Source: an uncultured Pseudomonadota bacterium (GTDB lineage: Bacteria > Babelota > Babeliae > Babelales > RVW-14). From it: a stretch of 64,000 nt of DNA. Each line of letters begins with the position of its first letter. Positions within the stretch are counted from its first letter, which is position 1. The translations under genes were made by a program, and so were the position numbers. Positions 15,936-27,260 of this stretch are shown here, one piece after another. The DNA lies in contig CAZGPI010000005.1 in NCBI GenBank assembly GCA_964527595.1, positions 1,116-65,115 on the forward strand, in the 5' to 3' direction. The notes under the pieces were generated by a model, which had not been told where the DNA came from, searched no databases, and worked only from the letters and a program-made list of their open reading frames with translations.

Positions 15936-18497
15936 CTATGAAATAACTATATGGTCTCCGCTCACGTCAACCACAAACTCTTTCTTTTCAGGATTCTTAA
16001 GAATTTCAACGGCCAAGGGGCTCACCAAATACTGCTGAATTGAACGTTTGAGTGGCCGCGCGCCAAACTCTTTAAGATACCCAACCTCGGCCAAAAAGTT
16101 TACGGCGGCATCGGTTATCGTAAGCTCAATCGATTTTTCACGCAACCGTTCCTTAACCAAATCAAGTTGTACTTTAACAATACTCGCCATATCTGCTGGC
16201 AACAAGGAACGGAAAAATACCGTTTCATCAATACGATTTAGAAATTCTGGTCTAAAACTTCTGAGCAGTAATTTTTCAATATCGGCGCGAACGGCAGGTG
16301 TTATATCCCCGGCTGTCAGAATAAGGTCGGAACCGAGATTTGACGTCATAATGAGAATACAATTCTTAAATGAAACCGTTCGCCCCTGAGAATCGGTAAG
16401 GCGACCTTCATCAAGAATTTGTAAAAACAAATTAAAAACATCAGGGTGCGCTTTTTCTATTTCATCAAAAAGAATAACACTGTATGGATGCTTGCGCACC
16501 GCCTCGGTTAATTGCCCACCTTCTTCATAACCAATATATCCTGGAGGGGCACCGATAAGCCTCGCAACCGCATGCTTTTCCATGTATTCAGACATATCAA
16601 TACGAATTAATTTACGTTCATCATCAAACAAAACGTCAGCCAAAGCCTTAGCAACTTCAGTTTTACCAACACCTGTTGGCCCCAAAAATAAAAATGATCC
16701 TATAGGCTTATTTGGATCACCAATCCCCGACCGATGTACACGAATGGTATTAGCAATTTTGGTTATTGCCTCATCCTGGCCGATAACACGGTGATGAAGC
16801 TCAGTTTCCATATTGATTAATTTTTGGCTTTCTTCTTCCTTTAATTTTTCAACCGGAATGTGTAGCCAACGCGACAACACGGCGGCAACATCATCTTCAT
16901 CAACTTCTTCTTTAACAAGATGCGTTTTAAGATTTTTCAGTTTATTTTGTTGGGTATCCAATTTACGCTCAAGTTCTGCCAAAGTTCCGTACTTAATTTT
17001 CGATGCTTTAGCATAGTCACCATCGCGTTCAGCCTGAGCAAAGGTTACCTTGGCGGCATCAACCTGCATCTTCAATTTTTTTATTTCTTCAAGCGGCTGT
17101 CGTTCAGCTTGCCACTGTTCCCGGACAACTCGCTCCTTTTCTTTAACATTAGCTAATTCACTTTCAAGCTCGCCCAATCTTAACTTTGATGCTTCATCCT
17201 TCTCTTTTGCAAGGGCAACTTTTTCGATTTCCAATTGACGAATTTTTCGGTCAAATTGGTCAAGATTTTCAGGCTTTGAGTCAATCGCCATCTTAACCAT
17301 GGATGCCGCTTCATCGATTAAATCAATTGCTTTATCGGGCAAAAAACGGTCGGGTATTAATCTAGAAGACAAATTAACCGATTTGACAATTGCTTGGTCT
17401 TTAATACGAATACCATGGTGCACTTCATATCGTTCCTTCAGCCCTCGCAAAATTGAAACAGCATCTTGAATCGATGGTTCCTCAATTAAAACTTTTTGAA
17501 AGCGACGCTCAAGGGCAGCATCTTTTTCGATATATTTCTTATATTCGACCACCGTGGTTGCTCCAATACAATGTAAAACGCCACGAGCAAGCGCTGGCTT
17601 TAGAAGATTTGAGGCATCCATACCACCGCCGGTCGCCCCAGCACCTACCAACATATGGAGTTCATCTATAAACAAAACAATGCCATCATTTTCTTGCTTC
17701 TCAATTGCTTGCAAAATTGCCTTAAGGCGCTCTTCAAATTCACCACGAAATTTAGTGCCTGCGATTAAGGCCCCTAAGTCTAGGGTCAAAATCCTTCTTC
17801 CTTTGAGGCTCTCCGGAACATCATTGTCAATAATCCGCTGAGCTATCCCTTCAACAATCGCCGTCTTACCAACACCAGGATCCCCAACTAATACGGGGTT
17901 GTTTTTTGTTCTGCGCGATAAAATTTGAACAATTCTCCTGATTTCCTCGTTGCGCCCAATAACCGGATCCAACTTCCCTTCACGCGCCAACTTGGTTAAG
18001 TCCTGACAATATTTTTCAAGAACCTGATACGTTCCCTCTGCGTTCTGACTATTCACCGATTCCCCTCCTCGCATTTTAGTAACCCATGCATTTACCGTGT
18101 CCCCGGTAAAACCAGCTTTCTTCAAAAATTGCCGCACCGTCTCTGGTAATGTTGCGGTCTTAGCTAATACAAGCATCCCGATATCAAGGCTTACAAAAGT
18201 ATCCCCCAATTTTTTGCTTTCTGTATCACATTCATTCAAAAAGGTTTGTAATGAATAATCTGCACCAACTTGCCCTCCCTTAACCTTGGGGAAACGGTCA
18301 AGCTCCTGCTGAACAATAGCACTAAGAAGTTGCTCATCAACCCCCAATGTTTTGAATCCAGTCGAACAAAAATCATATTCAAACGCCGCTGCCAATAAGT
18401 GCAGCGGTTGAACCGAAGCATGTTCGGCTTGTTGTGCAATACGAACAGCCGCAGCTAAAAGGTCTGAGAATGCATGAGTAAATTTTTCTTGATTCAT
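15936..18497 (-). CDS. clpB: ATP-dependent chaperone ClpB
   Basis: Two AAA+ modules ([28 protein letters not shown]) with a long coiled-coil middle domain. AAGGAGG Shine-Dalgarno precedes ATG 18497. Confidence 0.92.
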   Translation of the reverse strand: MNQEKFTHAFSDLLAAAVRIAQQAEHASVQPLHLLAAAFEYDFCSTGFKTLGVDEQLLSAIVQQELDRFPKVKGGQVGADYSLQTFLNECDTESKKLGDTFVSLDIGMLVLAKTATLPETVRQFLKKAGFTGDTVNAWVTKMRGGESVNSQNAEGTYQVLEKYCQDLTKLAREGKLDPVIGRNEEIRRIVQILSRRTKNNPVLVGDPGVGKTAIVEGIAQRIIDNDVPESLKGRRILTLDLGALIAGTKFRGEFEERLKAILQAIEKQENDGIVLFIDELHMLVGAGATGGGMDASNLLKPALARGVLHCIGATTVVEYKKYIEKDAALERRFQKVLIEEPSIQDAVSILRGLKERYEVHHGIRIKDQAIVKSVNLSSRLIPDRFLPDKAIDLIDEAASMVKMAIDSKPENLDQFDRKIRQLEIEKVALAKEKDEASKLRLGELESELANVKEKERVVREQWQAERQPLEEIKKLKMQVDAAKVTFAQAERDGDYAKASKIKYGTLAELERKLDTQQNKLKNLKTHLVKEEVDEDDVAAVLSRWLHIPVEKLKEEESQKLINMETELHHRVIGQDEAITKIANTIRVHRSGIGDPNKPIGSFLFLGPTGVGKTEVAKALADVLFDDERKLIRIDMSEYMEKHAVARLIGAPPGYIGYEEGGQLTEAVRKHPYSVILFDEIEKAHPDVFNLFLQILDEGRLTDSQGRTVSFKNCILIMTSNLGSDLILTAGDITPAVRADIEKLLLRSFRPEFLNRIDETVFFRSLLPADMASIVKVQLDLVKERLREKSIELTITDAAVNFLAEVGYLKEFGARPLKRSIQQYLVSPLAVEILKNPEKKEFVVDVSGDHIVIS

Positions 18498-18585
18498 AAA
18501 AAAGCCTCCTTGTTTTATACACAAATTTAAGTGTATCACCAAGAAGGCAAATTTTTGAAGGCTTCCCTTTTATTTGTCCATTTTT

Positions 18586-19740
18586 TTAATATGGATCACG
18601 CGGCATGGGAATATAACTCAGGTTAACCGACCGCCCCCAGGCCTGCAAAAAATCCCAAAGTTTGTACGCCCTAAACGTTCGTCGAGTAGCATCAAAAGCT
18701 GGGTCTATGCATAAAACCTGCTGTTTTGCTTGATTCCATCCAACCACAACAATAAAATGTCCATTTTGATACACCCCCGCACCGCCACGCAAACGCCGAA
18801 CGCTCACGGCAACCGGAATCTTTTTCATCAGATAGGAATGCAAATCTTGGAATCCGTTGAGCCGCTCAACCCTAAAAAAGACATCGCCATTGGCCGCATC
18901 AAACGCCTGGGCAACATTTAATTGCCAGTTTCCATAAATATTCAGATTACCATTGTCGTGAACTTTATTGGCAAAATTGACCACATAATCATCAAGTGGT
19001 TGATATGCTGGTTGGCCATTAGATTTGGCCATAAAATAATTAACAAGAATACTTGTTGATGTTGGCGAACAAAGGTCCTTAAAGCGAGGATGATCCAGAA
19101 CCATTTGAGATTGTTTCGGAACCCCTCGAATAAAGGTTGTAGGTAATATTGCATGTGGCCGTACCAACTTAAACTGCTTTAAGTTACATAAACAGGCAAA
19201 TAGCGCCTTAAGGTTTTTAGGATCTGCCCCATTATTAGCGGTAACTTTAACATTAAATCCATGGCCCTCTGACCCATGCTGCATCTCAACTCGAACATGT
19301 TTAGTGTGGACATATGGATTGTTTTTGTTAATAAATGAACGTTGAATACGGTCACCCCACTCAGCCATCCGCTGCCAACCAGACCACGAATTATTCCCAT
19401 ATTTAACATTTACCCAAAAGGTCAGCGTCCCCGTTGGAGGCCGCAAAGCATTCCACGACAAAACCAATTCGGTAAATGGAGCCGTCGACGATTCCTCCCA
19501 AACACAAGGATCACCATCTTCATTAAAATCGTTTTCATCAAAAAATTTTGATTCAGTTTTTGAGAATGTTATGGGAGCATCGCTGACCCATTTTGAAACA
19601 TGAGGACAACGACAATGGACTCGCCGCCGCTTTATTGCTGAAAGTTCACTAGGGAAAAAGAATTGAATTAAAAACGAAAAAGCTAAAATGACATGAATGC
19701 TTCGGCTAAAATAAAGCCTAAGCGTATTTACCAACTTCAT
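18586..19740 (-). CDS. exported papain-like cysteine peptidase (Peptidase_C39-like domain) with an N-terminal beta-rich domain
   Basis: Signal-like N-terminus. The candidate catalytic residues are Q..CSPTSTSILVNYF, GHFIVVVGWN and CIDP, in the order Cys, His, Asp. Confidence 0.5.
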   Translation of the reverse strand: MKLVNTLRLYFSRSIHVILAFSFLIQFFFPSELSAIKRRRVHCRCPHVSKWVSDAPITFSKTESKFFDENDFNEDGDPCVWEESSTAPFTELVLSWNALRPPTGTLTFWVNVKYGNNSWSGWQRMAEWGDRIQRSFINKNNPYVHTKHVRVEMQHGSEGHGFNVKVTANNGADPKNLKALFACLCNLKQFKLVRPHAILPTTFIRGVPKQSQMVLDHPRFKDLCSPTSTSILVNYFMAKSNGQPAYQPLDDYVVNFANKVHDNGNLNIYGNWQLNVAQAFDAANGDVFFRVERLNGFQDLHSYLMKKIPVAVSVRRLRGGAGVYQNGHFIVVVGWNQAKQQVLCIDPAFDATRRTFRAYKLWDFLQAWGRSVNLSYIPMPRDPY

Positions 19741-19780
19741 TACGCCCTCCCCAAACCCCTAAAAATGATCTCTTAGTTCT

Positions 19781-21202
19781 TCACTTACCAACACAAAAGT
19801 CATTGAACACCGCATCGAGCATTTGTTCTGTAATGTTTCTTCCGGTTAGCTCAGCGATCGTTTCTAGTGATTCCTTGAGGTGGTAAGATATCAATTCATA
19901 ATGTAATACATCCGAGAATGATTTTACAATAGAATCCAATTTCACCTCGATTTCAGAAATCAACCGCGATTGTCGCTGAGTAAGAAGGTAGGGGGAATGT
20001 AACTGAGAAAATAATGCCTGAATTTTTTCTTCAATCATGAGATCTAAACTCTCTATGCCCTTTTTTTCCAACACTGAAACCTTCATGAGGGGAATCTCAA
20101 CGCCCCACGCAGGTAAGCTTGCAGTAAAATCTGAATGTTGGCTATCAATTTTATTTAAAATTATGATGCTTTTTTTTCCATATTCACGAATCAATTGTAA
20201 GTAAACCGCTCGATCATAATCATCGACGGGAATAGTAGCATCAAAAACCACCAAAACAACATCAGCCGACTTAGCTTCTGCAATGGTTCGCTCGATCCCT
20301 TGTTGCTCTATTGTATCCTGCGTCCGGCGAAGTCCAGCCGTATCAACAAATGTCCAAAAGATTCCGCCCTTGTAAAGACTTACCTCAATACTATCACGAG
20401 TCGTTCCTGCAAAATCGGACACTATTGCTCGCTCTTTTTTTACCAAAGCATTAAACAAGGTTGATTTACCAGCATTAACCCGCCCAACCAAAGCAACACG
20501 AACACCTTCTCTGACCTGTTGCTGTTGTGCAAACTGAGCTAAAAGCTCTTGAGTATGTACCAAAAGATCAATACTTTCAGCCTTAAATACTTGCTCCATG
20601 CTCAAGTCGCGTTGCTCTTCTTCCAAGAATTCAAAGCTGGCCTCTGATAAGGTCAAGAGCTTCACTAAGCGCGCCTCAACCTCTTTTAGGTAACACGAAA
20701 GAGAACCCTGCAACTGCTCCATAGAACGCCGCAAAGCTTCCTCTGTTTGTGCATTAATAACATCTTGTATGGCTTCAGCCTGAACAAGGTCGAGTTTACC
20801 ATTCAAAAAAGCCCGCTTACTAAACTCACCGGCCATAGCCAAACGAGCACCGTACTTACAGGCAAGCGCTATAATTTTCTCAATGATAAACTGATTGTTA
20901 TGACAACTGATTTCAACCGTATCTTGACCTGTAAAGGTCTTTGGCTTACTCATAAGAAAGAATAAAACTTCATCAATAACTGAATTGGTTTCTGGATCAA
21001 TAATAGAACCAAAATGAATGGTATGTGTAGAAAAATCGGTTAATTTTTTGCCTGAAGCAAGACGGCCAAGAACGTCTGCTATAGCAATGGAACCAACGCC
21101 CGACAACCGCAAAAGTGCGAGCGCCCCGCTTCCGCGAGGCGTACATAAAGCAATTATAGGTTCTTGATCATTGGTTAGACCTAGTTGCAACTGGTTCATC
21201 AT
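19781..21202 (-). CDS. mnmE: tRNA modification GTPase MnmE
   Basis: G-domain motifs (GRVNAGKST, DTAG, NKID) and the C-terminal FCVGK tail. Confidence 0.9.
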   Translation of the reverse strand: MMNQLQLGLTNDQEPIIALCTPRGSGALALLRLSGVGSIAIADVLGRLASGKKLTDFSTHTIHFGSIIDPETNSVIDEVLFFLMSKPKTFTGQDTVEISCHNNQFIIEKIIALACKYGARLAMAGEFSKRAFLNGKLDLVQAEAIQDVINAQTEEALRRSMEQLQGSLSCYLKEVEARLVKLLTLSEASFEFLEEEQRDLSMEQVFKAESIDLLVHTQELLAQFAQQQQVREGVRVALVGRVNAGKSTLFNALVKKERAIVSDFAGTTRDSIEVSLYKGGIFWTFVDTAGLRRTQDTIEQQGIERTIAEAKSADVVLVVFDATIPVDDYDRAVYLQLIREYGKKSIIILNKIDSQHSDFTASLPAWGVEIPLMKVSVLEKKGIESLDLMIEEKIQALFSQLHSPYLLTQRQSRLISEIEVKLDSIVKSFSDVLHYELISYHLKESLETIAELTGRNITEQMLDAVFNDFCVGK

Positions 21203-21208
21203 GCTGCA

Positions 21209-21883
21209 TTAGGGAGTATTTTTTTTGCTGGTTATGATAATTTGAAAACCACGAAATTTCTTCTTGTAGTTTCGCTTGAAGAATTGCATCAACAAATATG
21301 AAAATCCCATAAAGACATTACGTTCTTCTACCGGATCATCATGTAAATGCGAATCAAGACTTATAGTTAGAGCTCTTCTATCAACTTTAGTGCTAAATTC
21401 TTGTTTCACGCCCCAAAGACCAAGTAGTTCTTTGAGTTGGCCACTGACATACATAACCCATTCATCTTGCCAGGCTCCGAATTCGCCTTGATCTATAACA
21501 GTCTTTTCTGTCTCTTTGGCAACTGGACGAGGTTGAACAGGTCTTGCCACGGGAACGTTTACAGGCTCTCTTTTAGGCAATGGTCTTACTTGATTTTGGT
21601 TGGTCGGCGTAGTTTGTTTAGATGGAGTTATGGGAGAATTTTTAGCGGCGCCAGAAACAACAACTTTACGATCCATTTGTCTATTGGCATCTTGCTGCCG
21701 AGCAGGTTGACGTCTAGGTTCGTAAGTGATTGATACAATTGCCGGACGCTTTGTTAACCCAAAAAAGTTTTTCTTACCCGCATCAAGTACCTTAATGGTA
21801 AACTCGGTTGGGTTCCCTGCATCTGACCATGCTTTTTCGATGGCCTTAGTAATAGACGAAGCTTCGTGTAGCATCGATTTCAT
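21209..21883 (-). CDS. Jag-like protein (Jag_N domain) with a P/Q-rich linker
   Basis: EASSITKAIEKAWSDAGNPTEFTIKVLDAGKKNFFGLTKRPAIV matches the Jag_N pattern, and the gene sits directly upstream of mnmE. I could not recognise the KH/R3H part. Confidence 0.5.
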   Translation of the reverse strand: MKSMLHEASSITKAIEKAWSDAGNPTEFTIKVLDAGKKNFFGLTKRPAIVSITYEPRRQPARQQDANRQMDRKVVVSGAAKNSPITPSKQTTPTNQNQVRPLPKREPVNVPVARPVQPRPVAKETEKTVIDQGEFGAWQDEWVMYVSGQLKELLGLWGVKQEFSTKVDRRALTISLDSHLHDDPVEERNVFMGFSYLLMQFFKRNYKKKFRGFQIIITSKKNTP

Positions 21884-22075
21884 GACAAAAAACCTTTCGT
21901 ATAAACGTATCAGCGCGAGCAGATTCCGTTTCCCCCACGCCCCGCAACTCAATTAAGCATCAGTCTTTTAAGGGCATGTCTTGATAAGCTTACTTTACTA
22001 AACTAAGAAAAATTTAACAGAATTTTGTAACCGCTGCAATTAAAGCTTGTCTTAGCGTTACTTTTGTTAAGATAT

Positions 22076-22150
22076 TGGAGCGGGAAACGGGATTCGAACC
22101 CGCGACCCTTGCCTTGGCAAGGCAATGCTCTACCACTGAGCTATTCCCGC
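22076..22150 (-). tRNA. tRNA-Gly (GCC)
   Basis: The reverse complement GCGGGAATAGCTCAGTGGTAGAGC..TTGCC-TTGCCAA-GGCAA..GGTTCGAATCC..TTCCCGC-T-CCA folds as a cloverleaf. CCA is encoded. Confidence 0.9.
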
Positions 22151-22230
22151 ACAATGTGACGCGACATTGAATTTCAATTGATGGTTAAAATTTATAGTTA
22201 AAAGTGATGCTTGTCAAACTTTTTCACACC

Positions 22231-24048
22231 TTACATTTCAACCATGGTCATCACACCATGAAGTTTATGTGGCGGCAATTTATAAAATTGAACGAATGAA
22301 GGCACTAGACGCTTCATCGCCGCGTACACCTTCCAGAAAATGTTTTTAGTGGTAATCTCTTCAAGTCCATAAAATATCACTTGCGCTTCAATCGCTGCAT
22401 TACGCAAAATACGTTCGACATCAAGCATTTCCATATATCCACAATGAATTTCAAAAATACGAAGCCCAGGAGCTAATGAACCTTTGAAAAAGCCAATAAC
22501 ACCGAATGGATCATCGCGTGTTACCACAGAAATAAGAATATTATCTTCGTAGACTATATTGTTCTGAAACATCGTTTGCATAACATAAGAGGGCACCATT
22601 TTAATATCTCTAATAAAAAACAACGCAGACCCTTTGAGCTTAGTTGCTGTTTTTTGAAAGGTAAAATATTGCGCCAAAAAACCTTCAAGGGGCACAGGCT
22701 TTAACGCCTCCCATAAGCGCTTTTGGCCGCGCGTATAAATAACGATAATACTAAACGGAACTAAAGCGATAACCAAAGACCAATAGGCACCATTAGGTAT
22801 TTTACATAAACAGGAACAGAAAAATATAAAGTTTATAACGCCCAAAACAGCAGCAATACCCATCTTAAATCCAGAATGGCGTCTAGAAAAAATCCACGCC
22901 ATGAGCACCGCTGTTATGGTCATGTCACCGGTAACGGCCAATCCGTAAGCAACGGTAAGGTTATCCGATCGCTCAAAGTTAATGATCATAAAAAGTACCG
23001 CCAGCAACAGCATCATATTGACGCTGCCTACGTATACCTGCGAACGCAACTTGCTTGATGTATAATCAACCTTAAACCGAGGGGTTAGTCCGGTGGTTAT
23101 GCCCTGATAAACGATGGAGAAAACACCGCTTATGAGTGCTTGTGAAGCAATAACTGTTGCCACGATACTCAAAAGAACAAATGGAAAATAAAGCGATCCG
23201 GCCTGCTCCAAAATCATTTGCTGTAAAACCCGCGTCGCCGAAGGATGTTTCAGCAAAAATGCGCCTTGGCCGAGGTAATTCAAAATCAATGCGACAAAAA
23301 CAAAATACCATGCTCGCAATATAGGCTTTCTGCCCAAATGTCCCATATCTGCATAAAGCGCTTCACCGCCAGTTGCGCACAAAATGACACCAGAAAGAAT
23401 AAAAAAACTCATAATGCCATGATTAACAATAAACCGACAAGCAAACCATGGATTAAGCGCATTAATAATAACGGGTGCTGAAGTTATCGACAAAACGCCA
23501 GAGATCGCCAACGTCAAGAACCATATAACCATCAATGGCCCAAACGCGGACGCCACGCGCTCTGTTCCTTTTTTTTGAAAAACAAAAAGCAAAACCGCTA
23601 TACAACAAGCAATAAACATCAAAAAAGCCTGCGGCATCCAATCAAGACCAGGAATCAAGGGAAGGCCTTCAACTGCACTCAAAATACTCACGGCTGGAGT
23701 AATAACACCATCGCCAATAAATAAAGAAATTCCGACAAAAGCTAAAAAAGAAACTATCGCAAGTTTTTTTGGAGACTGTAATAACGGTGATAACAATTCC
23801 TTGAGAACAATTGTCCCTCCCTCGCCCTTTTTACCAAGGCTCATCGCCAACCAAGCATATTGAACAAAAACCAATAAAATCAATGCCCAAACAATCAAAG
23901 AAATAAAACCAAAGACATTGTCATGCGTCGGTTGCACAAAGGTAACAAGCGCCCCAAGTGTATATAGTGGACTCGTTCCGATATCGCCAAACACCACGCC
24001 GAGAGATTTGATGACATTTGCAATTTCGCCAAATTTTGACGACGCCAT
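22231..24048 (-). CDS. kup: KUP/HAK/KT family potassium transporter
   Basis: N-terminal hallmark GVVFGDIGTSPLYT, followed by about 12 hydrophobic segments and a cytosolic C-terminal domain. Confidence 0.9.
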   Translation of the reverse strand: MASSKFGEIANVIKSLGVVFGDIGTSPLYTLGALVTFVQPTHDNVFGFISLIVWALILLVFVQYAWLAMSLGKKGEGGTIVLKELLSPLLQSPKKLAIVSFLAFVGISLFIGDGVITPAVSILSAVEGLPLIPGLDWMPQAFLMFIACCIAVLLFVFQKKGTERVASAFGPLMVIWFLTLAISGVLSITSAPVIINALNPWFACRFIVNHGIMSFFILSGVILCATGGEALYADMGHLGRKPILRAWYFVFVALILNYLGQGAFLLKHPSATRVLQQMILEQAGSLYFPFVLLSIVATVIASQALISGVFSIVYQGITTGLTPRFKVDYTSSKLRSQVYVGSVNMMLLLAVLFMIINFERSDNLTVAYGLAVTGDMTITAVLMAWIFSRRHSGFKMGIAAVLGVINFIFFCSCLCKIPNGAYWSLVIALVPFSIIVIYTRGQKRLWEALKPVPLEGFLAQYFTFQKTATKLKGSALFFIRDIKMVPSYVMQTMFQNNIVYEDNILISVVTRDDPFGVIGFFKGSLAPGLRIFEIHCGYMEMLDVERILRNAAIEAQVIFYGLEEITTKNIFWKVYAAMKRLVPSFVQFYKLPPHKLHGVMTMVEM

Positions 24049-24263
24049 AAAGCCTCTTTTGTGTTAAACCCTAAACATTTTCCTTGTTCATTTCACCTTA
24101 TCAAAATCTTTAAGTAAAAACCATGTGTTTAATTACTTATCCCAATAAACCCCGCGCATATTAAACAATTGTATCAAAATTTCGTGAATGTCTTGTTGAC
24201 AAGAATACTGCTAATGGGTACGCTACTGCATGTTAAGATCTTGAAATAATTAAAAGTTTGCGT

Positions 24264-24339
24264 GCCGGGATAGCTCAGGTGGTAGAGCAGAAGACTGAAA
24301 ATCTTTGTGTCGTCGGTTCAACTCCGTCTCCCGGCACCA
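24264..24339 (+). tRNA. tRNA-Phe (GAA)
   Basis: GCCGGGATAGCTCAGGTGGTAGAGC..GAAGA-CTGAAAA-TCTTT..GGTTCAACTCC..TCCCGGC-A-CCA. Confidence 0.9.
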
Positions 24340-24454
24340 ATTTCAAAAAAAAACCCATTCGATCATTTACACGCTCTTTCATAATCGCTAAACTTTTTTT
24401 GCGACTTAACCCAAGTTGTTTTTAAGGAGAGTTCATTTAAAGGAGAGATGTGTC

Positions 24455-25684
24455 ATGAAGAAATTATCCATGCTTTTGGGCTCGCTATTGCTTTTGCCAA
24501 TAGCCAATCGGCCGCTTTTTAGCCAAGAAAACTATCTTTTTTCTTCCGAATCGGTCACCGAAGGACATCCAGACAAAATTTGCGATCAAATATCTGACAC
24601 AGTCCTCGATGCCGCGCTTACCCAAGACCCTAATGCTCGCGTCGCTTGTGAAACACTCGCAACACTCGGCATGGTGGTAGTCACCGGTGAAATTACCACA
24701 ACAGCAATCCTTAACTTCCAAGAAATCGTCCGCGGCGTTCTTTATGATGCCGGTTATACTAATCCAGATTATGGCATGAGTTATAAAAGCTGCGCAGTGT
24801 TGGCCGCCGTTAACAAACAAAGCCCAGATATTGCTCAAGGCGTACAAGAAAGCGAACAACACGAACAAGGCGCCGGCGATCAAGGCCTTATGTTCGGCTA
24901 TGCCTGCAATGAAACGCCTGAACTTATGCCCTTGCCAATAAACTTGTCACACCAACTTGCACGACGCCTTGCGGAAGTTCGTAAGAATAAGACGTTAGCA
25001 TGGCTTCGTCCTGATGGTAAAACACAAGTTACCGTTAAGTATGTCAACGGCAAACCAACCATCGTTACCGCAGTCGTCGTTTCAGCACAACACGATCCAT
25101 CAATTTCGCACGACATCATCAGACAAGAAATAATAAACAATGTGATCCTGCCAATTTGTGGAAAATATGTAACACCTGAAACAAAGTATTTTGTTAATGA
25201 AACCGGCTCATTTGCCATTGGTGGCCCAGAAGGCGATACCGGACTAACCGGCCGTAAAATCATTGTCGATACCTACGGCGGCATGGGCAGGCATGGTGGC
25301 GGCTGCTTCTCGGGCAAAGACCCATCTAAAGTCGATCGATCTGCTGCATACATGGCGCGCCATGTAGCAAAAAACATTGTCGCAGCAGGAATCGCTGAAA
25401 AGTGTGAGGTTCAAATTGCTTATTGCATTGGTGTTGCCGAACCAGTATCGGTTTACGTCAATACTTTTGGCACCTCAAAAATAGCCGCTGAAATGATTGA
25501 AGCTGCCGTCCGAGCTACATTTCCGCTCAAACCGGCTGGTATTATAAAATATCTCAATCTTAAGCACCCTATCTACAGACAAACGGCAGCTTATGGACAT
25601 TTTGGCCGTGAAAATGAAGCTGGCTTTACGTGGGAGCAAACAAATAAGGTGTCGGAACTTAAGCTTGCCCTTGGAATGGCTTAA
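24455..25684 (+). CDS. metK: S-adenosylmethionine synthetase with an N-terminal signal-like extension
   Basis: [33 protein letters not shown] and [16 protein letters not shown] are MetK motifs. AGGAGAG Shine-Dalgarno lies 6-7 nt before ATG 24455. The first ~25 aa are [25 protein letters not shown]. Confidence 0.9.
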   Translation: MKKLSMLLGSLLLLPIANRPLFSQENYLFSSESVTEGHPDKICDQISDTVLDAALTQDPNARVACETLATLGMVVVTGEITTTAILNFQEIVRGVLYDAGYTNPDYGMSYKSCAVLAAVNKQSPDIAQGVQESEQHEQGAGDQGLMFGYACNETPELMPLPINLSHQLARRLAEVRKNKTLAWLRPDGKTQVTVKYVNGKPTIVTAVVVSAQHDPSISHDIIRQEIINNVILPICGKYVTPETKYFVNETGSFAIGGPEGDTGLTGRKIIVDTYGGMGRHGGGCFSGKDPSKVDRSAAYMARHVAKNIVAAGIAEKCEVQIAYCIGVAEPVSVYVNTFGTSKIAAEMIEAAVRATFPLKPAGIIKYLNLKHPIYRQTAAYGHFGRENEAGFTWEQTNKVSELKLALGMA

Positions 25685-25712
25685 ACAAAAAATCACCTAT
25701 GACGCTTTTTAT

Positions 25713-25736
25713 AGGGCAGGTTGCATAACCTGCCCT
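25713..25736 (+). terminator. hairpin after metK
   Basis: AGGGCAGGTT-GCAT-AACCTGCCCT is a perfect 10-bp stem. There is no clear T tract. Confidence 0.45.
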
Positions 25737-25842
25737 CATTCACGCCAATGCATACACGTTGTATAAACGTCTTTTTTATGTTAATTTACCTCTCTACTAA
25801 ACAATTATTTCCCCGGAATTAAAACAAAGGTTGATGCCTACC

Positions 25843-27174
25843 ATGTTTGAATTTTTATCACAAAAATTTTCAGGCGTTTTAGGTTGGCTTAAAGATCGCG
25901 GCCGACTAACCGAAGAAAATATAAATCAAGCTCTCCAGCAGGTTAATGATGCCCTATTGGATGCAGACGTTCCATTAGAAATTGTGCAACAATTTCTTGA
26001 AAACATTAAAACCGAGGTTTTGGGCAAAAAAGTCCAGACGTCGCTTAACCCAGGCCAACAATTTATAAAAGTTGTTCACGAGCAACTTCTTGCATTTTTA
26101 GGTGGCGCCAACACCATGACAACTGTTGCTTTTCAAATTCCCTCGGTAATCATGGTCATGGGGCTTCAGGGATCTGGCAAAACAACATCGGTTGCAAAAC
26201 TTGCCCGCTGGGTCATTCAACAAGCGGCAACACGCGGTAAAAAACGCCGAATTCTTTTGGGCTCTGTCGACTTTTATCGCCCAGCCGCTATTGATCAACT
26301 TGAAATCTTGGCCAAACAAATAGAAGTAGACTTTTACCGCCCCAAAAGCACATCGGTCACTGCCGCGGCTAAAGAAATCTATGATTACTTTAAAGCTAAT
26401 CATTACGAATTGCTTTTCTTGGACACAGCCGGCCGTTTACACATTGATGACACCATGATGCACGAGCTGGTCGAAATAAATGCGAAATTAGCACCAAAAC
26501 ACAAGTTTTTAGTCCTTGATGCAATGACCGGTCAAGAATCGCTTAATGTAGCTAAGGCATTTGATAAAGCCGTTGGCTTTGATTCAGCGATTCTCACCAA
26601 AATGGACAGCGATACACGTGGCGGCGCCGCATTTGCGTTCAGATATGCTCTCAAAAAGCCAATAGCATTTGTTGGGTCTGGTGAAAAAATTGACGACCTT
26701 GAAAACTTTATCCCTGAACGCATGTCATCACGCATCCTCGGCATGGGCGACATTCTGACACTCATCGAAAAGGCCAACGAAAGCATTGGTACAGATGACC
26801 AAGAAGCCATGACCAAGAAATTGCTCCAAGGTAATTTCACGCTCAAGGATTTTGCAGGCCAGTTATCAATGATCGACAAACTTGGATCGCTGCAAAAAAT
26901 TACCCGCTACCTTCCAGGCATGGGAAGCATATCTCCGGAGCTTATGGAAAAAGGTCAAGTTGAAATTAAGCGTTTTAAGGCAATAATTTCATCAATGACC
27001 GCCAAGGAACAGGCATTTCCACAGATTTTGGACGCCTCACGGAAGAAAAGGGTTGCCTGCGGAGCTGGAGCAACAGTGCAAGATATCAATCAATTACTAC
27101 AAAGATTTGAACAAAGTAAACAATTTGTTAAAATGTTTAAGAATATGGGTAAGTTCAGAAATTTCTGTTTATAA
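25843..27174 (+). CDS. ffh: signal recognition particle protein Ffh
   Basis: MFEFLSQKF..., GLQGSGKTT, DTAGR and a Met-rich M domain. ATG 25843 is preferred over TTG 25831. Confidence 0.92.
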   Translation: MFEFLSQKFSGVLGWLKDRGRLTEENINQALQQVNDALLDADVPLEIVQQFLENIKTEVLGKKVQTSLNPGQQFIKVVHEQLLAFLGGANTMTTVAFQIPSVIMVMGLQGSGKTTSVAKLARWVIQQAATRGKKRRILLGSVDFYRPAAIDQLEILAKQIEVDFYRPKSTSVTAAAKEIYDYFKANHYELLFLDTAGRLHIDDTMMHELVEINAKLAPKHKFLVLDAMTGQESLNVAKAFDKAVGFDSAILTKMDSDTRGGAAFAFRYALKKPIAFVGSGEKIDDLENFIPERMSSRILGMGDILTLIEKANESIGTDDQEAMTKKLLQGNFTLKDFAGQLSMIDKLGSLQKITRYLPGMGSISPELMEKGQVEIKRFKAIISSMTAKEQAFPQILDASRKKRVACGAGATVQDINQLLQRFEQSKQFVKMFKNMGKFRNFCL

Positions 27175-27260
27175 CACATGTGAAACCTGATCTCCCTTTT
27201 AAGCGTAACGTTATAATATTACATATTGATCTTTAGGAATTTCTAGAAAGGAATGCGATA

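Noticed and set aside
16048-17841. Several 60-113-aa plus-strand ORFs inside clpB. Similar antisense ORFs lie inside priA, kup, metK, ffh and the kinase gene.
   Set aside because: They are all nested antisense to long, motif-verified genes. They have low-complexity or Ser/Arg-rich composition typical of spurious frames.
24196-24239. Candidate promoter elements upstream of tRNA-Phe: TTGACA-17-TACGCT, or the extended -10 TGtTAAGAT.
   Set aside because: The two alternatives are mutually incompatible and neither -10 is strong, so I did not list a feature. Transcription-start mapping is needed.
24340-24454. Possible SAM riboswitch upstream of metK.
   Set aside because: The ~115-nt leader shows none of the conserved SAM-I/II/IV helices or junction nucleotides I can recognise. 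It contains only duplicated AAGGAGAG Shine-Dalgarno-like elements.
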